A stretch of DNA of 64,000 bases, taken from positions 80,352,001-80,416,000 of the forward strand of contig NC_043005.1 of assembly GCF_006345805.1 (NCBI RefSeq), written 5' to 3'. The notes under the pieces were generated by a model that worked only from the letters and a program-made list of their open reading frames with translations, was not told the origin of the DNA and did not search any database. Source of the stretch: Octopus sinensis. Taxonomy: Eukaryota. Position numbers and translations under genes: made by a program. Shown here piece by piece: positions 12,461 to 26,052 of the stretch. Positions within the stretch are counted from its first letter, which is position 1; every line of letters begins with the position of its first letter.

Positions 12461-12863
12461 AAGGCGGCGAGCTGGCAGAAACGTTAGCACGCTGGGAGAA
12501 AATGCTTAGCAGTATTTCGTCTGCCGCTACGTTCTGTGTTCAAATTGCGCCGAGGTCGACTTTCATCCTTTCGGTGTCGATTAAATAAGGACCAGTTACG
12601 CACTAGAGTCGATATAATCGACTTAATCCATTTGCCTGTCCTTGTTTGTCCTCTCTGTGTTTAGCCCTTGTGGGTAGTAAAGAAATATGTATTTCGTCTG
12701 TCTTTACGTTATGAGTTCCAAATCCCGCTGAAGTTGATTTTGCCTTTCATCCTTTCGGGGTCGATAAATTAAGTACAATTTCCGTACTGGGGTCGATCCA
12801 ATCGACTGCCCCCCCCCCGTCCCAAAAATATTTCGGGTCTTGTGCCCAGATTAGAAACGAATA
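12461..12863 (+). mobile_element. SINE group B dimer (complete B1 unit plus 5'-less B2 unit)
   Basis: AAGGCGGCGAGCTGGCAGAAACG start; the tail AAAGAAATA joins directly to GTATTTCGTC of a second unit. Confidence 0.9.
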
Positions 12864-14213
12864 TTATAAAAATTAAAATTACCATTTTAAAGTAATTGAA
12901 GTTGAATGGCGTTCACTGATATATGAAAAAAGATTGTTCTAGATTTTATAAGGGTTTTTAGAAGACAGGTTTGCTGAAGAAAATAGCCCTGAATATTCTC
13001 TACAACTCTTAAGGTTTCCAGGTTTTCCAATACATGAGTATCCAATAAGCTGGCTTTTTCCGGAGCGGACCGCACCCTTCATTTCCGTTAGCTACTGACC
13101 AAAAGAAAATGCTTTCAAATCTACCTTTCAGAGCCATTTGGAGGTATTTATGTACTCAGGTTATAATGCACTGACAACACTCAGAGGAAAAATGAGCAGT
13201 GGTTTTTGATGCCTATAAGAGTGCTTATGCCAGATACACGAGGTAATACCCCAAGAGGGATATCACCAGGAACTAAAGGTGTACGGTACATATTTTAAGA
13301 TGGTAGTCTAATTATCTTCTACCCTTAATGTTAATCACATCTGGATAGAATTGGCTATAGTTGTCCAACTATGAGATTAGCTATGCCATTAGTCGACAGT
13401 TCAAATAACGAGCAAGTGGGACACACCATACTATATCGCCCGAGAATCGAACCATCGACTTTATGATCCTGAATCAAATAGGCTGAGTCAATCAGATACG
13501 CGACTTTACTGGGAAAATTTGCTCTCACTGTGTTAATAAGAGAATAATAAAATACAACAATATATTTGTGGTTTAGCAAAAATACATACATTTACATATC
13601 GCCAACTAAAGATATAAGAGTTTATTATATTGATGGTTTCGGAAATTACTGTAAGATTCATTTCCTGTTTCGTTTACTTCTCTTCGTTACCCAAACAAAT
13701 TTACACTGAGCAATACGCACATAGACAGGCATGCACACAAACACACACATACACCAACATATATGTATGATAGAGCAAAGTATGAACAGGCAGTCTGAAG
13801 TCAGGTAGTCTTAAGGAATCATATCAAAATATACCGTATTTATATAATATATTGAAGAGAGCTATATAGATATATACTATCAGTCGAACAAACACAGTGT
13901 ATACGTCATGTTTACACACCCATTTACTGCAGGATGGCGTCCAGGGAATTCTTACCTATACGGCCTTGAGTCTTAAAGAGCACTGGATGTTCCAGACCAG
14001 GTGAGAGTCCATCCCTCGAGAAGATCTGCGGCATATTGTCTTTTTTAACACTCGGCAACGTGTAGCTAGTTTTCCTTCGAAGATCTACCGCAGCAAATGG
14101 GTGGATAAACAGAACAGACTCTTTGTGTGTGTGTGTGCGTGTGTGTGTGTGTGTGGTGTGTGTATGTGTGTGTGTGTGTGTTTGTGTGTGTGTATATATA
14201 TATATACATACAC

Positions 14214-14543
14214 AAAGCGCATGGCTCGTGGTTAGGGCGTCGAGCTTACGATTGTGAGGTTGTGAGTTCGAATCCCGGACTGGTGTGCGTGTTGTGTTCT
14301 TGTGCAAGACACTTTATTTCACGTTGCTCCAGTTCACTCAACTGTAAAAATGAGTTGTGACGGCACGGTTGCCAAGCTATATAGTCCTTTGTCTTTCCCT
14401 TGGATAACGCTGGAGGCGTGGGGAGGGGAGGCCGGTTTGCATGAGCGACTGCTGGTCTTCCATAAACAACCTTGCCCGGACGTGCTATGGAGGGTAACTT
14501 TCTACAGGGCAATCGCATGGTCAGTCATGACCGAAAGGGGTCT
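14214..14543 (+). mobile_element. Full-length SINE group D (tRNA head plus CORE-like segment)
   Basis: A box TGGCTCGTGG, B box GTTCGAATCC, then GTTCTTGTGCAAGACACTTTATTTCACG; inverted copy at 57451-57768. Confidence 0.88.
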
Positions 14544-14547
14544 CAGC

Positions 14548-14585
<38 letters not shown>

Positions 14586-14689
14586 AAAGTAACAAACTAG
14601 GGAAATGAATTCCCTCAAAGAGGTGTATAAAACATCCACGTCAGTTGAATACCACATAGATATGTGTATAATGCAAATTACAAACAATG

Positions 14690-15634
14690 AATTAAATAGA
14701 GAGATTCAATTGACAATCCAATAATTTAAGATTGTTTGCTGTAACTAACAAAAACTATGCTTAATTTATTTAGTTTATCGGAAGAATTCTTAGGTTTCTC
14801 TTCATATTTATTACGTAATTCTCTCTCCGATAAATTAAATAAATAAAGAACATTTTTTGTTACTGTAAACAATCTTTTTTTATATCAATATACATATATT
14901 GCGCAAGGATCACACGCAAATTCGTGAAGCGTTCCATTTTTTTTTCTAATGGCGGTGCCCCAGCATGGCCACAGCTCGTGAGCTGAAACTAGATAAAATA
15001 AATAAAATAAAAAATAAAAAAAATATATTATCCTTATCAATATACACACACACACACATATATATATATATTATCATTTATATTTACTTTATTGCAGTCT
15101 CTAGATTAAGTAAAACCCTGATACTTAATTTATGTACCTATATATTGTCGTTGTATCGTATAAAAGGCAAAGATTGCCTTCGATCTAAACGAGTTTTGGT
15201 TAATACTATTTGCGATATATAGAAATATATCTCGTTAGTTGTAGATTCTATTTACTGAATTATTTTGTCCGTTATAAATTTCTTGTTTTTTAATTGTAAT
15301 TGTTATGTAGTTGAAAACTTAACACTCAGGCTCATATCACACAGGCATTTGAATTATTGTTTTAAAATCCATCCGTCCTTTCATACGCAATTTCGTCTAA
15401 CTTTAAACCGTAGCTCTGACGAGACTTATATAAGTCAACTGAATTGTCTATAAATCAAATAATGCATTATGTCGAAACAGATTCTTGGCTCTTTTGGTTT
15501 TGAATGATATTTTAATGTTATATTATATTCATAATATATTATTTTCTATTATAATACAAATAAATTATTGAATTGTCAACTGCATCTCTATTTAATTTAT
15601 TGCTTATATATATATATATATATGTATATGTATA

Positions 15635-15718
<84 letters not shown>

Positions 15719-16180
15719 GTGAGTGTTTATTGAGCGAAAACACCTAAAAGCTCCACGAGGCTCCGGCAGGGATGGTGGTGATCCCTGTTGTACACAACTT
15801 TCTTTCACTCTTACTTCCTGTTTCTGTTGTACCTGTATTTCAAAGGGCCGGCCTTGTCACTCTCTGTGTCACGCTGAATAAACCCGAGAACTACGTTAAG
15901 GGTACACGTGTCTGTGGAGTGCTCAGCCACTTACATGTCAATTTCACGAGCAGGCTGTTCCGTTGATCGGATCAACCGGAACCCTCGTCGTCGTAACCGA
16001 CGGAGTGCTTCCTCCCTCTATATTATAATACAAATAAATTATTAAATTGTCAACTATATCTCTATTTAATTTATATATATTATATATATATATATATATT
16101 GTTAGGTTTCTCTTCATATTTATTACGAAATTCTCCCTTCCATAAACTAAATAAATAAAGAACATCTTTATTACTTACTG

Positions 16181-16185
<5 letters not shown>
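14690..16185. mobile_element. Penelope-like terminal-repeat relic with direct and inverted sub-copies and a decayed hammerhead
   Basis: Inverted pair 14764-14782/14826-14844; direct pairs 15547-15600/16021-16074 and ~14790-14870/16100-16185; CTGACGA...GAAAC at 15416-15478. Confidence 0.55.
15717..16011 (+). mobile_element. 5'-truncated SINE group A, T1 tail
   Basis: High similarity to 3843-4130. Confidence 0.9.
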
Positions 16186-16213
<28 letters not shown>

Positions 16214-16689
16214 TGTAATGTTGAACCGTTATACACTACACATTTTTTTCTCTCTCAATTACAGAATTAATTTTTTTTCGCTGTTGCGATAAGCATTTTT
16301 TTCTTCTGACGATATTTTATCATACTGACGATATTTTATCATTTTATCATACTGTCAACTGAAACAACATTGGAAATAAGCGAACGAATATATTTGGCAT
16401 CCCAATAATAGAACTATATGCTTTAATTTTTGCTTCCTTTCCGCAACGTAGCTATCAATATTAGTTAACCGGATGCTGGAACTGAAGGAGCACGTTAGTA
16501 ACATTTTGTACTCTGGAATAGAACCTTGTACAATGAGGTTGTGAAACGAAATTTTTAATCACCTACTTATAATGCCTGCACTAAAAGAAATAGAAATGCA
16601 TACATACATATACATTTAAATAAAATAATTATACTCTACAACTAGTATTGAGTTCTTTTCTCCGTTTTTATACAAAATAAAATGAATAT

Positions 16690-16792
16690 ACATGATTATA
16701 TATATATATATAAATCCACACACAGATATATATATGTATGTATATATGTTTATATATATATGTATATATATATATACATACTTACATACACA

Positions 16793-16870
<78 letters not shown>

Positions 16871-17120
16871 CAAAGAGGGAGAGAGAGAGGGTAAAAAGTG
16901 GAAGAGATTGGAAACAGAAATTGAGAGGAGAGATACAGATTGATAGATCGTTAGATAGACGCATACGTATACACACACACACATATATATATATACATAT
17001 ATATATGTATATATATATATACACACATATATCTACGTATACAAACATATACGCTTGCACATATGCATATATGTATGTATGTATCTCTGTATGTATGTAA
17101 ACACGTACAGATATATGCAT
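16690..17120. repeat. Compound (AT)n/(AC)n/(GA)n microsatellites
   Basis: Direct inspection. Confidence 0.9.
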
Positions 17121-17524
17121 ATATAATTGCTCATATGTATTTACACACAGACATAGCAACATAACTAATGATTGAAACATGCCAAATTTGTATGTGTATT
17201 CATATTAGATAAACATGAGAAGAAATATTAAATTATAGACAAAGACAGAGAGAAAGGCAAACAAGATTTGTATTACTTCGCATCATTTCCGATTCAAAAA
17301 AGCTCTGAATTGATTTTCCTATCCAATCATTGATATCAATAATTTTTATTATAGTTTTCACTAATGGATCATAAACGTTGCATCTCATTTAATTTACTTT
17401 ATGTCGAATAACAATTTACGAATAAATTAATTCTTTGTTATTTTTACATTTGGCTCTTTACGAAATTCCAGTCTTTTGAGGTGTATAATAATATAATGAT
17501 AATTGTGATAATCGTGATAATTGT

Positions 17525-17593
17525 GAATGATGATGAAATGATGATGATGATGATGATGATGATGATAATGATGATGATGATGATGATGATGAT

Positions 17594-17642
<49 letters not shown>
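17525..17642. repeat. (GAT)n followed by (AAT)n
   Basis: Direct inspection. Confidence 0.95.
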
Positions 17643-18738
17643 TTAAGGTAATAATACGTGCTGATTTCTTTATACTCTTTAATTAAAATGGTATAATGAA
17701 TAGCGGAGAATATATTTGTAATTGGTGAATGCCTCCTATGTAAAATTATGTGCTAAATTTATTGAAGCTCACGTGATTTCAAACAAGCGATTTTTATCAT
17801 AAGCATATATCATTTGAAAATTTCACAATTAAATAATAAAATTGTAAAATAATATAGATTTGATTGTGGACAAAATAACTAATTGTTAGAAGGTTGATTT
17901 GGAGCTGTTTGTGTCATCTTCATATTTTACTACTACTTAAATTATCGACTAATTTAGCATTTCAAAACTGCACTGAAAGAGACCAAATTAATTATTCCAC
18001 GTATTCAGTGCTTTACGGTTAGAAAAAAACTACGTTACTCTTGGTACCTTTAATCTAGTCGACAATTTTGTGAAAATTTTCATAAAGTTTCCAGTCTAAT
18101 GAGAAGTTTATAACTTGAAATTTTGTTTCCTACAGCAACAGTCTGGGATGTGGTTACTTTTAGTGTAGTAGATAGGCTGACATAAGTGACCCAAATGTAG
18201 TAACCCAGATCACCCTATCTACTACCCTCTAAACCCGTTTCTCAATCCGGTTCTTACAAGATCTTCGATCAGCTGAGTATGAGAGTACCTAGTGTATATT
18301 CAGAGTTGACGACAATACTAGCGTATAAAACTTAAAATAATGCGGGAATGAAGCCCCAGAGTTTGATGTTCGAATAGATACTATGAGCACAAGTTTTGCA
18401 GCCCAAAGTTTGTAAGCGTACTTCCTAGCACTCTTGTAGACAATGACAGCGCGGCTAAATAAGGATTTTTGCGTCTTTGAAACCTAAAAGATTTATAGCC
18501 AGCTCGTGATTTCGTCCTTAAGAGGAAACCCCAGTCACTGAGCAGTGGTGGAAATTTTCCTTATCGCTCGAGATAGACTGGCACCAGAGTGTATAATATT
18601 TCAATGTCAGCATCAGTTCTGTATACTACAAGGCATCGCTTAGTGGTGGAGCCTTGGGCAAGTGTCTCTCTACTCCAGTCCTGCGAAGACTAATGACTTG
18701 CAGGTGAATCTGGTAGACTATTTCGAAGCTCGTTGCTC

Positions 18739-18777
<39 letters not shown>

Positions 18778-18780
<3 letters not shown>

Positions 18781-19078
18781 CGTAACCGACCAGGCTATCA
18801 GATGTTGCTACACATCGCTGGTCACAATGCGCTTCGCATTGTTTTAGCCTTCAAATGACGCCGCCCCGCTGGCTAAGCGAGCAGGCCAACAGAAGAAAGA
18901 GAGAGGTAAAGTTGCGGCGAAAGAGTACAGCAGGGATCACCACCATCCCCTGCCGTAGCCACGTGGAGCTTTAGGTGTTTACGCTCAAAAAACACACGCA
19001 ACGCCCCATCTGGGAATCGAAACCGCGATCCTACGACCGCGAGTCTGCTTCCCTAACCACTGGGCCATTGCGCATCCA
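18778..19078 (-). mobile_element. SINE group A head with a different tail (T3)
   Basis: Head matches 3767-3950; the tail carries GCGCATTGTGACCAGCGATGT, also seen after a D head at ~23570. Confidence 0.85.
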
Positions 19079-19116
19079 CACACACACAACACACACACAC
19101 ACACACACATATATAA

Positions 19117-19148
<32 letters not shown>

Positions 19149-19181
19149 TATGCATGCTTGTATGTATGCATGTATGTATGT

Positions 19182-19420
19182 GAAAGCGCATGGCCTAGTG
19201 TTTATGGCTTTGCATTGATGATCATCAGATCGTGTTCTCATTTCCTTGACCGGGTGGTACGTTGTGTTCTTGCAGAAAACACTTCCACTCACATTGGTCT
19301 GCGATCACTTCGACATCTGACGCGTGGCACACTTGTGCCCCTGGACAGACAACGTCAATTTGATGGAGGCAGTGACCTAATGTGCAGCATGACCATTTGA
19401 TCTCCATAAACAAATCGTTT
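19182..19420 (+). mobile_element. Older SINE group D copy
   Basis: GAAAGCGCATGGCCTAGTG start and GTTGTGTTCTTG core. Confidence 0.6.
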
Positions 19421-20379
19421 GTTAAGATCGTTCGGAAAAAGCGGAAGGCCAAACGTAATGTTCTGCACTCCTTTAGACTACGTCAGCAAGGTCGAGAGAG
19501 GAATCCTGACGATTGGGCTACCCAGAATTTTTTTACATCTAGCCCAGGCCTGCACAAAACTGGAGAGGAAAATGGAGAGGACATGAAATGTAAAAACCAG
19601 ACTGGATTAGTTTATGCACAACTCCACTGACTACCCAGACAAAAGGATACTAACACACACCAACACAACCTATGTATGTATGTTTGTAGGTAGGTAGGTA
19701 GGTAGGTAGGTAAGTAAGCGCGTGTGTCATTATTTTTGTATTTCTTCACCCTTCGCTTGAAAACGGGCTTTAATTTGTTAACGTCCTCAAAAACTCAGCA
19801 GTTCGACAAAAGTAAGCGATAGAATATATAGCAGTCTTTAAACATGTAAATACTTTGATTCATTTTACAAGTAATAGTAAAAAAAACAAGTGAAATTCCA
19901 GTATGGATGTAATTCCGTGACGGAAGCCAGTAGAAGAATGTGTATATATGCGCATGTGTATAAGCGTGTATATAAATTTAATATATCTGATAAATATACC
20001 GTTTTTAATATATATGCGTCTAATATATAAGTATATATATACATACTCACATATACACACAGACACACAAATGTGTATATATATATACGTATATAAATCC
20101 GATAGATAGTGATTTATGGAGGAACATACAATGCTAAATTTTGTACAGTGTAATTATTGTCGATTTTTGTAGCGACTCTGCATGAATGAAAAGCAATGTT
20201 GAAAATAGCAGGTCTGGAATTTAGCTGCGAGAGTAACGACATTACATATTGTAAAGGATTTAGCCCGAAGTGCTACCGTTTGTGTTCACTTACTTCACTG
20301 AAAATATTTTCCAGAATATAACTAGGAAAATAGGAACAGTAATTGTAGTTCTCGGCCAGAATTCTTTAAAATACATACG

Positions 20380-20620
<241 letters not shown>

Positions 20621-21859
20621 TAATAGAGAAGATTTGCCACTGAATGCAGTTCTTTCAATTGAACTGGTAAAATTCTGCGAAGATTTCATAAACACTGTGA
20701 TTACGAATATTACCGAATATTTACATAACAAAATGAAACACAGAACAAGTCTTTTCTGCCTCTAGCATGTTGTTTAATATTGATTACATACAATCCATGA
20801 GATTATGAATATTTTTCTCTCTAGCTTGAATCTGTTTTGCGCTTCGGAAAAGCATAAGAATTAAAGAAAAAAAAAAAAAAGAATGAAGCGATAATAATAT
20901 TTACAACTACAACATATCCAGTACAAAAGACATAGAATGAAAACATAAGGATTCATTGTACCTTTGGGAAGAGAAATAGTAAATAAATTAAGAATATTAA
21001 GACTGTCATTAGCTACTACAGTTGGAGAAGTAGATTTAAAAATGAATAATGTGTGAGGAACGTTGAAAATGATTGCGCTGTGGACGCAGGTAGAAATTTG
21101 TGAAAAAATGGAATGGAATGTGTAATTGAGATTAGATTGAAATTAATAATACCCCATAGAGAATAGCTTGAGAAGATGTAAAATGCAATATAAATTTTAT
21201 ATTTGTATATAAAAATTCTTACAATTCGAAAAGTTTTAACTCCGAAAATTAATAGGGATTTTTCTAGAAAGACATACGGCCAAATATATGTTTTTTGAAA
21301 GGGATAATATTCGATTATATCGATCTTTTTTTTTTTTAAACAGGCATTCGGTTTGAGCTCCTGTCAAATGTGTAGTGTTTATTATTACGGATCTATACAT
21401 TGTGATTTCAAATTCCGTCGACGTAAGCATTGCCTTCCTTCCTTCAAGAATGAAGCCATTGTAACACTTCTGTGACAACATAAATACGATACCTCTCTGA
21501 GGCCAAACGAAACACAATTAGAGAGGAAGAACGCGTAGAATTAACGCCATTTATTACCTCGCATTGTCACAAAATATACTTGTTTCCAATTGTGGCACAA
21601 GACCAAAAACTTTTAAGGGGAAAGGAAGTCGATTACTTAGTTTCCAGCGCTCAAGAGGTGCTCTGTTTTACCAGGTGAAACCAGTGCATCGATGCTTCGA
21701 TGAAACACAGTCTCGGTAATGATTTTGGGTTCTATTCCTGGACTGAGCGACTCGTTGTGTTCTTGAGCCAAACACTATTTCACAATGCTCCAGTCGACTC
21801 AGCTGACAAAAATCTGTAATTCTATTACGGATTGGCATCCAGTCCATGAGCTGCAATAT

Positions 21860-22980
21860 AAATGAATTTTCACATTTGCTAGCAATGCCTTTCAGCATTG
21901 CATAGACGTGTTCTTTTGAATAGGGATTGTGTATAGGGAACGCGTTCAGTAAATGCTTTCGATTCTCTGTCGAAGTCATCGCTAGTAATGTGTTGTGTAT
22001 TGCTTTTCACGGAAGTTTATGGATGTCCTCTCCTCGTGTTCGTGTAACTTTGATTTGTGTATCATAATTAATCAATCCATTGTCCTTATATTTGGCAATG
22101 ATTTAATTGAAAAGTTTATTTGTCTCCCACTGTAGATTCTCAAACTTTTACTGATTTAATTGTTTCTTTTGCGTTTGTTCTTGCTTTGGATGTTACGCTT
22201 CTGGTTGGGTTTTTCTTTATTGCTTCCTTATTTTAGTTAAGTGCTTGTCGTTGTTGTTTTTTTATCGCATGCTTTTTGCTGTGATTCTTGCTACTAGTGA
22301 TGTTGCTGTTATTGTTGTTATATTGCGGGTTTGACTGTACCTCTTTGTTTCTATTTTCTGGCTCCGTTTGTTCTGGTTCTGGACAGTTTTTCCTCTAAAT
22401 TTTGTTGTGGTGGCTGCAGGCTTAGTTATTGATGTTGATTATTAGCTAACATGCTTTGATGTGTTGAGTGGCATTTGTTTAGTTTCCTACTCTTCAAAAT
22501 GCCATGCTACTTTCTTGCATTTATCGCTTGGCAGTAAGTAGGAGGAGATGAAATTAGGAAGAGAAATGTTGCAAAGAACTAGCTTCCTGTGCGTCTGTAT
22601 CTATTTCGTTTTTTTCTTTTTGCTCTGTTCGTTCTCTCAACACATTTTTGTTGGTTCTTGGTGTACACGATCCTGTTGTCTGTTCCAGCTATTGGTACTA
22701 GGGTATTGACAGCAGTGTGTTCAGCCCTTTTCGTTTCTACCGTGAGCTAAACAAAGCCCTTAGATGGTTGGTGTAACCACATGAGTGGCACCAATACAAT
22801 GTTCCTTCCATTACATCAGCTGATGTTGGGCAACTCAGGGAAGTCCTCAATATATTCCAGGAATTCTGATTCAGTTTAGATTAAAAGTCCATTACTCTCA
22901 TTGACCAGTTTTCCTAACAAAGTTTTCTCGGGTCTTCTTTCAGCACATAAAATGCAGCGCGAGGGGAGCTTAGACGCTAG
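21860..22980 (-). mobile_element. Heavily decayed LINE 5' region (ORF1 / start of AP endonuclease), possibly CR1 group
   Basis: Frameshifted translation loosely resembles the APE N-terminus; no intact frame. Confidence 0.35.
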
Positions 22981-24099
22981 CCGTTTCTACTGTGGTGACA
23001 TACATTAATATCGTCTCGGCAGCACTGCTTACCAGCCCACTGTTTCAAGCATCGGTAACGATGGAGGGTGTTCCTGCTCGCCAAGTTTTTGTTGTAATTA
23101 TTGCTGTTGACACAATCCCGTACCCACGATGATACGTATAGCAACGGCAGTGATGAACACAGCTGGGTTTCATATAGAGTGATAGGGAAGATGTTTTTCA
23201 GGGAAAAGGATGAAGAGAATTTCATTTTGAACCTTTGTCTCGGTGCAACTATCATTTCCTGTTATTTACTCTTGGTGTGGCATCAATAGTCACAAAAGCA
23301 GCAACAGCACAACAGCAACGGCAACAATAGTAACAATAGCACTGATGATGGTAACAATCCTTTCATCCAGAAGTACAAGGCTTGAAACCTGAGGGAGGGC
23401 GAAAGGATTCGATTCACGGGGCTGGGAGCGCGCTCTGTTCTTGAGCAAAACATTTCATTTCAAATTGATGTAGTCCAATTAGCTGTAAAAGGTTTAACCC
23501 TACGACAAACTGGCTGTCTGCTCCCCCAGTCAGCCTGATGGCACCATACGAAAGCTAAAACGTGGCAAAGCGCATTGTGACCAGTGATGTATAACAGCAC
23601 CCGTTAATGCGGTAGAGCATATATACTCATATAGATACATATATGTGCTTTGTGAGTGGACTTGATAGAGGGAAACATCAATCCCAGCGCTCAACTGGTT
23701 TTTATATCATCGACCACAAAGTATGAAAGTCAAAGTCGACCTCGAAGGAGCTTACGCAAGCCGAAAGAAATGCTGCTAAGAATTTTGTCCAGTTATCTAC
23801 AAGAGCATATCCTTTTGTGGCATTTCTGATCATAAGCAGCAGCATGTGGAGGAGCATCATAGCCATGTGTTAAGAAATTCTGTGGGGTTTGAATAATTCA
23901 TAATGTCTCGTTGATCATCTTTAAACAACCTTTATTCAAAGATGTTTTCAGTGGGATGGCCTACTCGAACTGAAAAGAAATTCTTATAGGTTCCCCCCAC
24001 ACACACACACACAGCAATGTATAACGACACTCGTTAGTCCGGTAGAGCATATATACTCTTATATAGATACATATATGTGCTTTGTGAGTCGACTTGGTA

Positions 24100-24362
24100 G
24101 AGGGAAACAGAAGGAAGACTGTCCTATATGTATATATATATCTATGTTCGCGTGTGTTTATGTCTGTGTTTCTCTTCTACCACCACTTGACAACCGGTGT
24201 TGGTGTGTTTACGACCCAGTAACTTAACGGTTCATCAAAAGAAACCGATGGGCTAAGTATCAGGCTTTGAAAATTGTAAGTCCTGGGGTGATTTGTTCGA
24301 CGAAAACCTGTGAAGGTGGTGCTGCAACACGGCCGATCTCAAGTGACTGAAACAAGTAAAAT
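24100..24362 (+). mobile_element. SINE group C, 3' half
   Basis: ACAACCGGTGTTGGTGTGTTTACG...GTGACTGAAACAAGTAAA shared with other C copies. Confidence 0.75.
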
Positions 24363-24374
24363 GTGTGCGTGTGT

Positions 24375-24377
<3 letters not shown>

Positions 24378-24442
<65 letters not shown>

Positions 24443-24486
24443 CTATCTGTCTGTCTGTCTATATGTAAGTATATATGTATGTTTGT

Positions 24487-24570
<84 letters not shown>
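24378..24570. repeat. (TCTA)n and (GATA)n in opposite orientation
   Basis: Direct inspection. Confidence 0.95.
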
Positions 24571-24571
<1 letters not shown>

Positions 24572-24602
24572 CCGACGTATATCAATGTATACATTCATTT
24601 AT

Positions 24603-24900
24603 AAGGCAGTGAGCTGGCAGAAACGTTAGCACGCCGGGCGAAATGCATAGCGGCATTTCGTCTGTCTTTACGTTCTGTGTTCAAATTCCGCCGAAGTCTG
24701 ATAAATTAAGTACCAGTTGCATACTGGGGTCAATCTAATCAACTACCCCCCACCCCCAAAATTTCGGGCCTTGTAACTTGAGTAGAAAAGAATCGTTGAC
24801 ATGCTGGGTAAAAAGCTTAGCGGTATTTCTTCCGTCTTTAAGTTCTGAGTTCAAATTCCACCAAAGTTGACCTTGTACCAGTTGAGCCTTGATCGTCGAG
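24603..24900 (+). mobile_element. SINE group B (B2 tail) plus a partial second unit
   Basis: AAGGCAGTGAGCTGGCAGAAACGTTAGCACG start. Confidence 0.85.
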
Positions 24901-25135
24901 GTATTCGGCTTATATCTTCCCTCGAACATACTGGCCTTGAACCAAATAGGAAACCCGTATATGCATGCATGCTTGCATGCTCTCGTCAGTATGGTGGTAA
25001 TAGAAATTTCCAAGAGAGAGGAAAACGTAGAAAGTGAAATAGTAATAACTACATGCTTTCGAAATAACGCAACACAAACAATACAAACGAAATAAATAAA
25101 AGAAATACAAACGATGCTTTATTACTAGTATTACT

Positions 25136-26052
25136 AGGCGCAGGAGTGGCTGTCTGGTAAGTAGCTTGCTTGTAGACCACATAGTTCTAGGTTCAGTCCC
25201 ACTGCGTGGCACATTGGACAAGTGTCTTTTGCTATAGCGTTTCTAACGTTTCTTATTTCTTTATGGCACACAAGGGGCTAAAAATAGAGGAGATAAACAA
25301 GGAGAGACTACGGGATTAAGTCGATTACATCGACCTCCAGTATGTAACTGGTACTTAATTTATCGACCCCGAAAGAATGAAAGGTAAAGTCAACCTCGGC
25401 GGAATTTGAACTCAGAACGTAAAGACAGACGAAATGCCGCTAAGCATTTCACTCGGCGTGCTAGCGTTTCTGCCAGTTCGACGCCTTATAAATGAAGGTG
25501 TACATTGGTATACGTCTATTTATACATACATAATATAGATAGATAGTGTATTTGGTAGACGGAAACTGAAAGAATCCCGTCGTATATATATAGTTGGAAT
25601 TGACAGAAAAACTAGACGAAAACGGGTGTATTAACAAGTAGGTGTATTAGTTTAACGCTTGGGAAGGTGAGAAATTCTTTAACGATTCGAGCCTACGCTC
25701 TTCAACAGAAAGGAACACGAGAAAATAAACAGAGGGAGAATGAAAAAAGGCTTTAGTGTTTAGCAGTGAAACAGAGTAAGAAAAATCAATAGGAAAAAGC
25801 AGAAAGTTCAAAAATGTTCAAACATATATGTGTGTGTGTGTTTCCTCCACCCACCCCATCGTTTGACAAACAGTGCTGGTGTGTTTGCGTCCCCGTAGCA
25901 TAGTGGTTCGGCTGAAGAGGCCGATAGAATAAGTATGGGGCTTACAGAGAATGAGACCAGTCTTGGGGTGGATGTGTTCGACCAAAGGCGGTGCTCCAGC
26001 ATGGCCGCAGTAAAATTACTGAAACAAATAAAAGAGCAAAAGAGTAAAGAGT
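25136..26052 (+). mobile_element. SINE group C split by a SINE B insertion (25252-25487, -) and a hammerhead-type repeat (~25580-25810, -)
   Basis: C head 25136-25242, C middle 25545-25580 and C tail 25825-26052 are collinear. Confidence 0.8.
25676..25714 (-). ncRNA. Hammerhead-like motif with non-canonical core (CTGTTGA)
   Basis: Minus strand reads CCTTT-CTGTTGA-A-GAGC-GTAG-GCTC-GAAT-CGTT-AAAGA; related copies at 29057-29094 and 53441-53485 have GAAAC. Confidence 0.45.
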
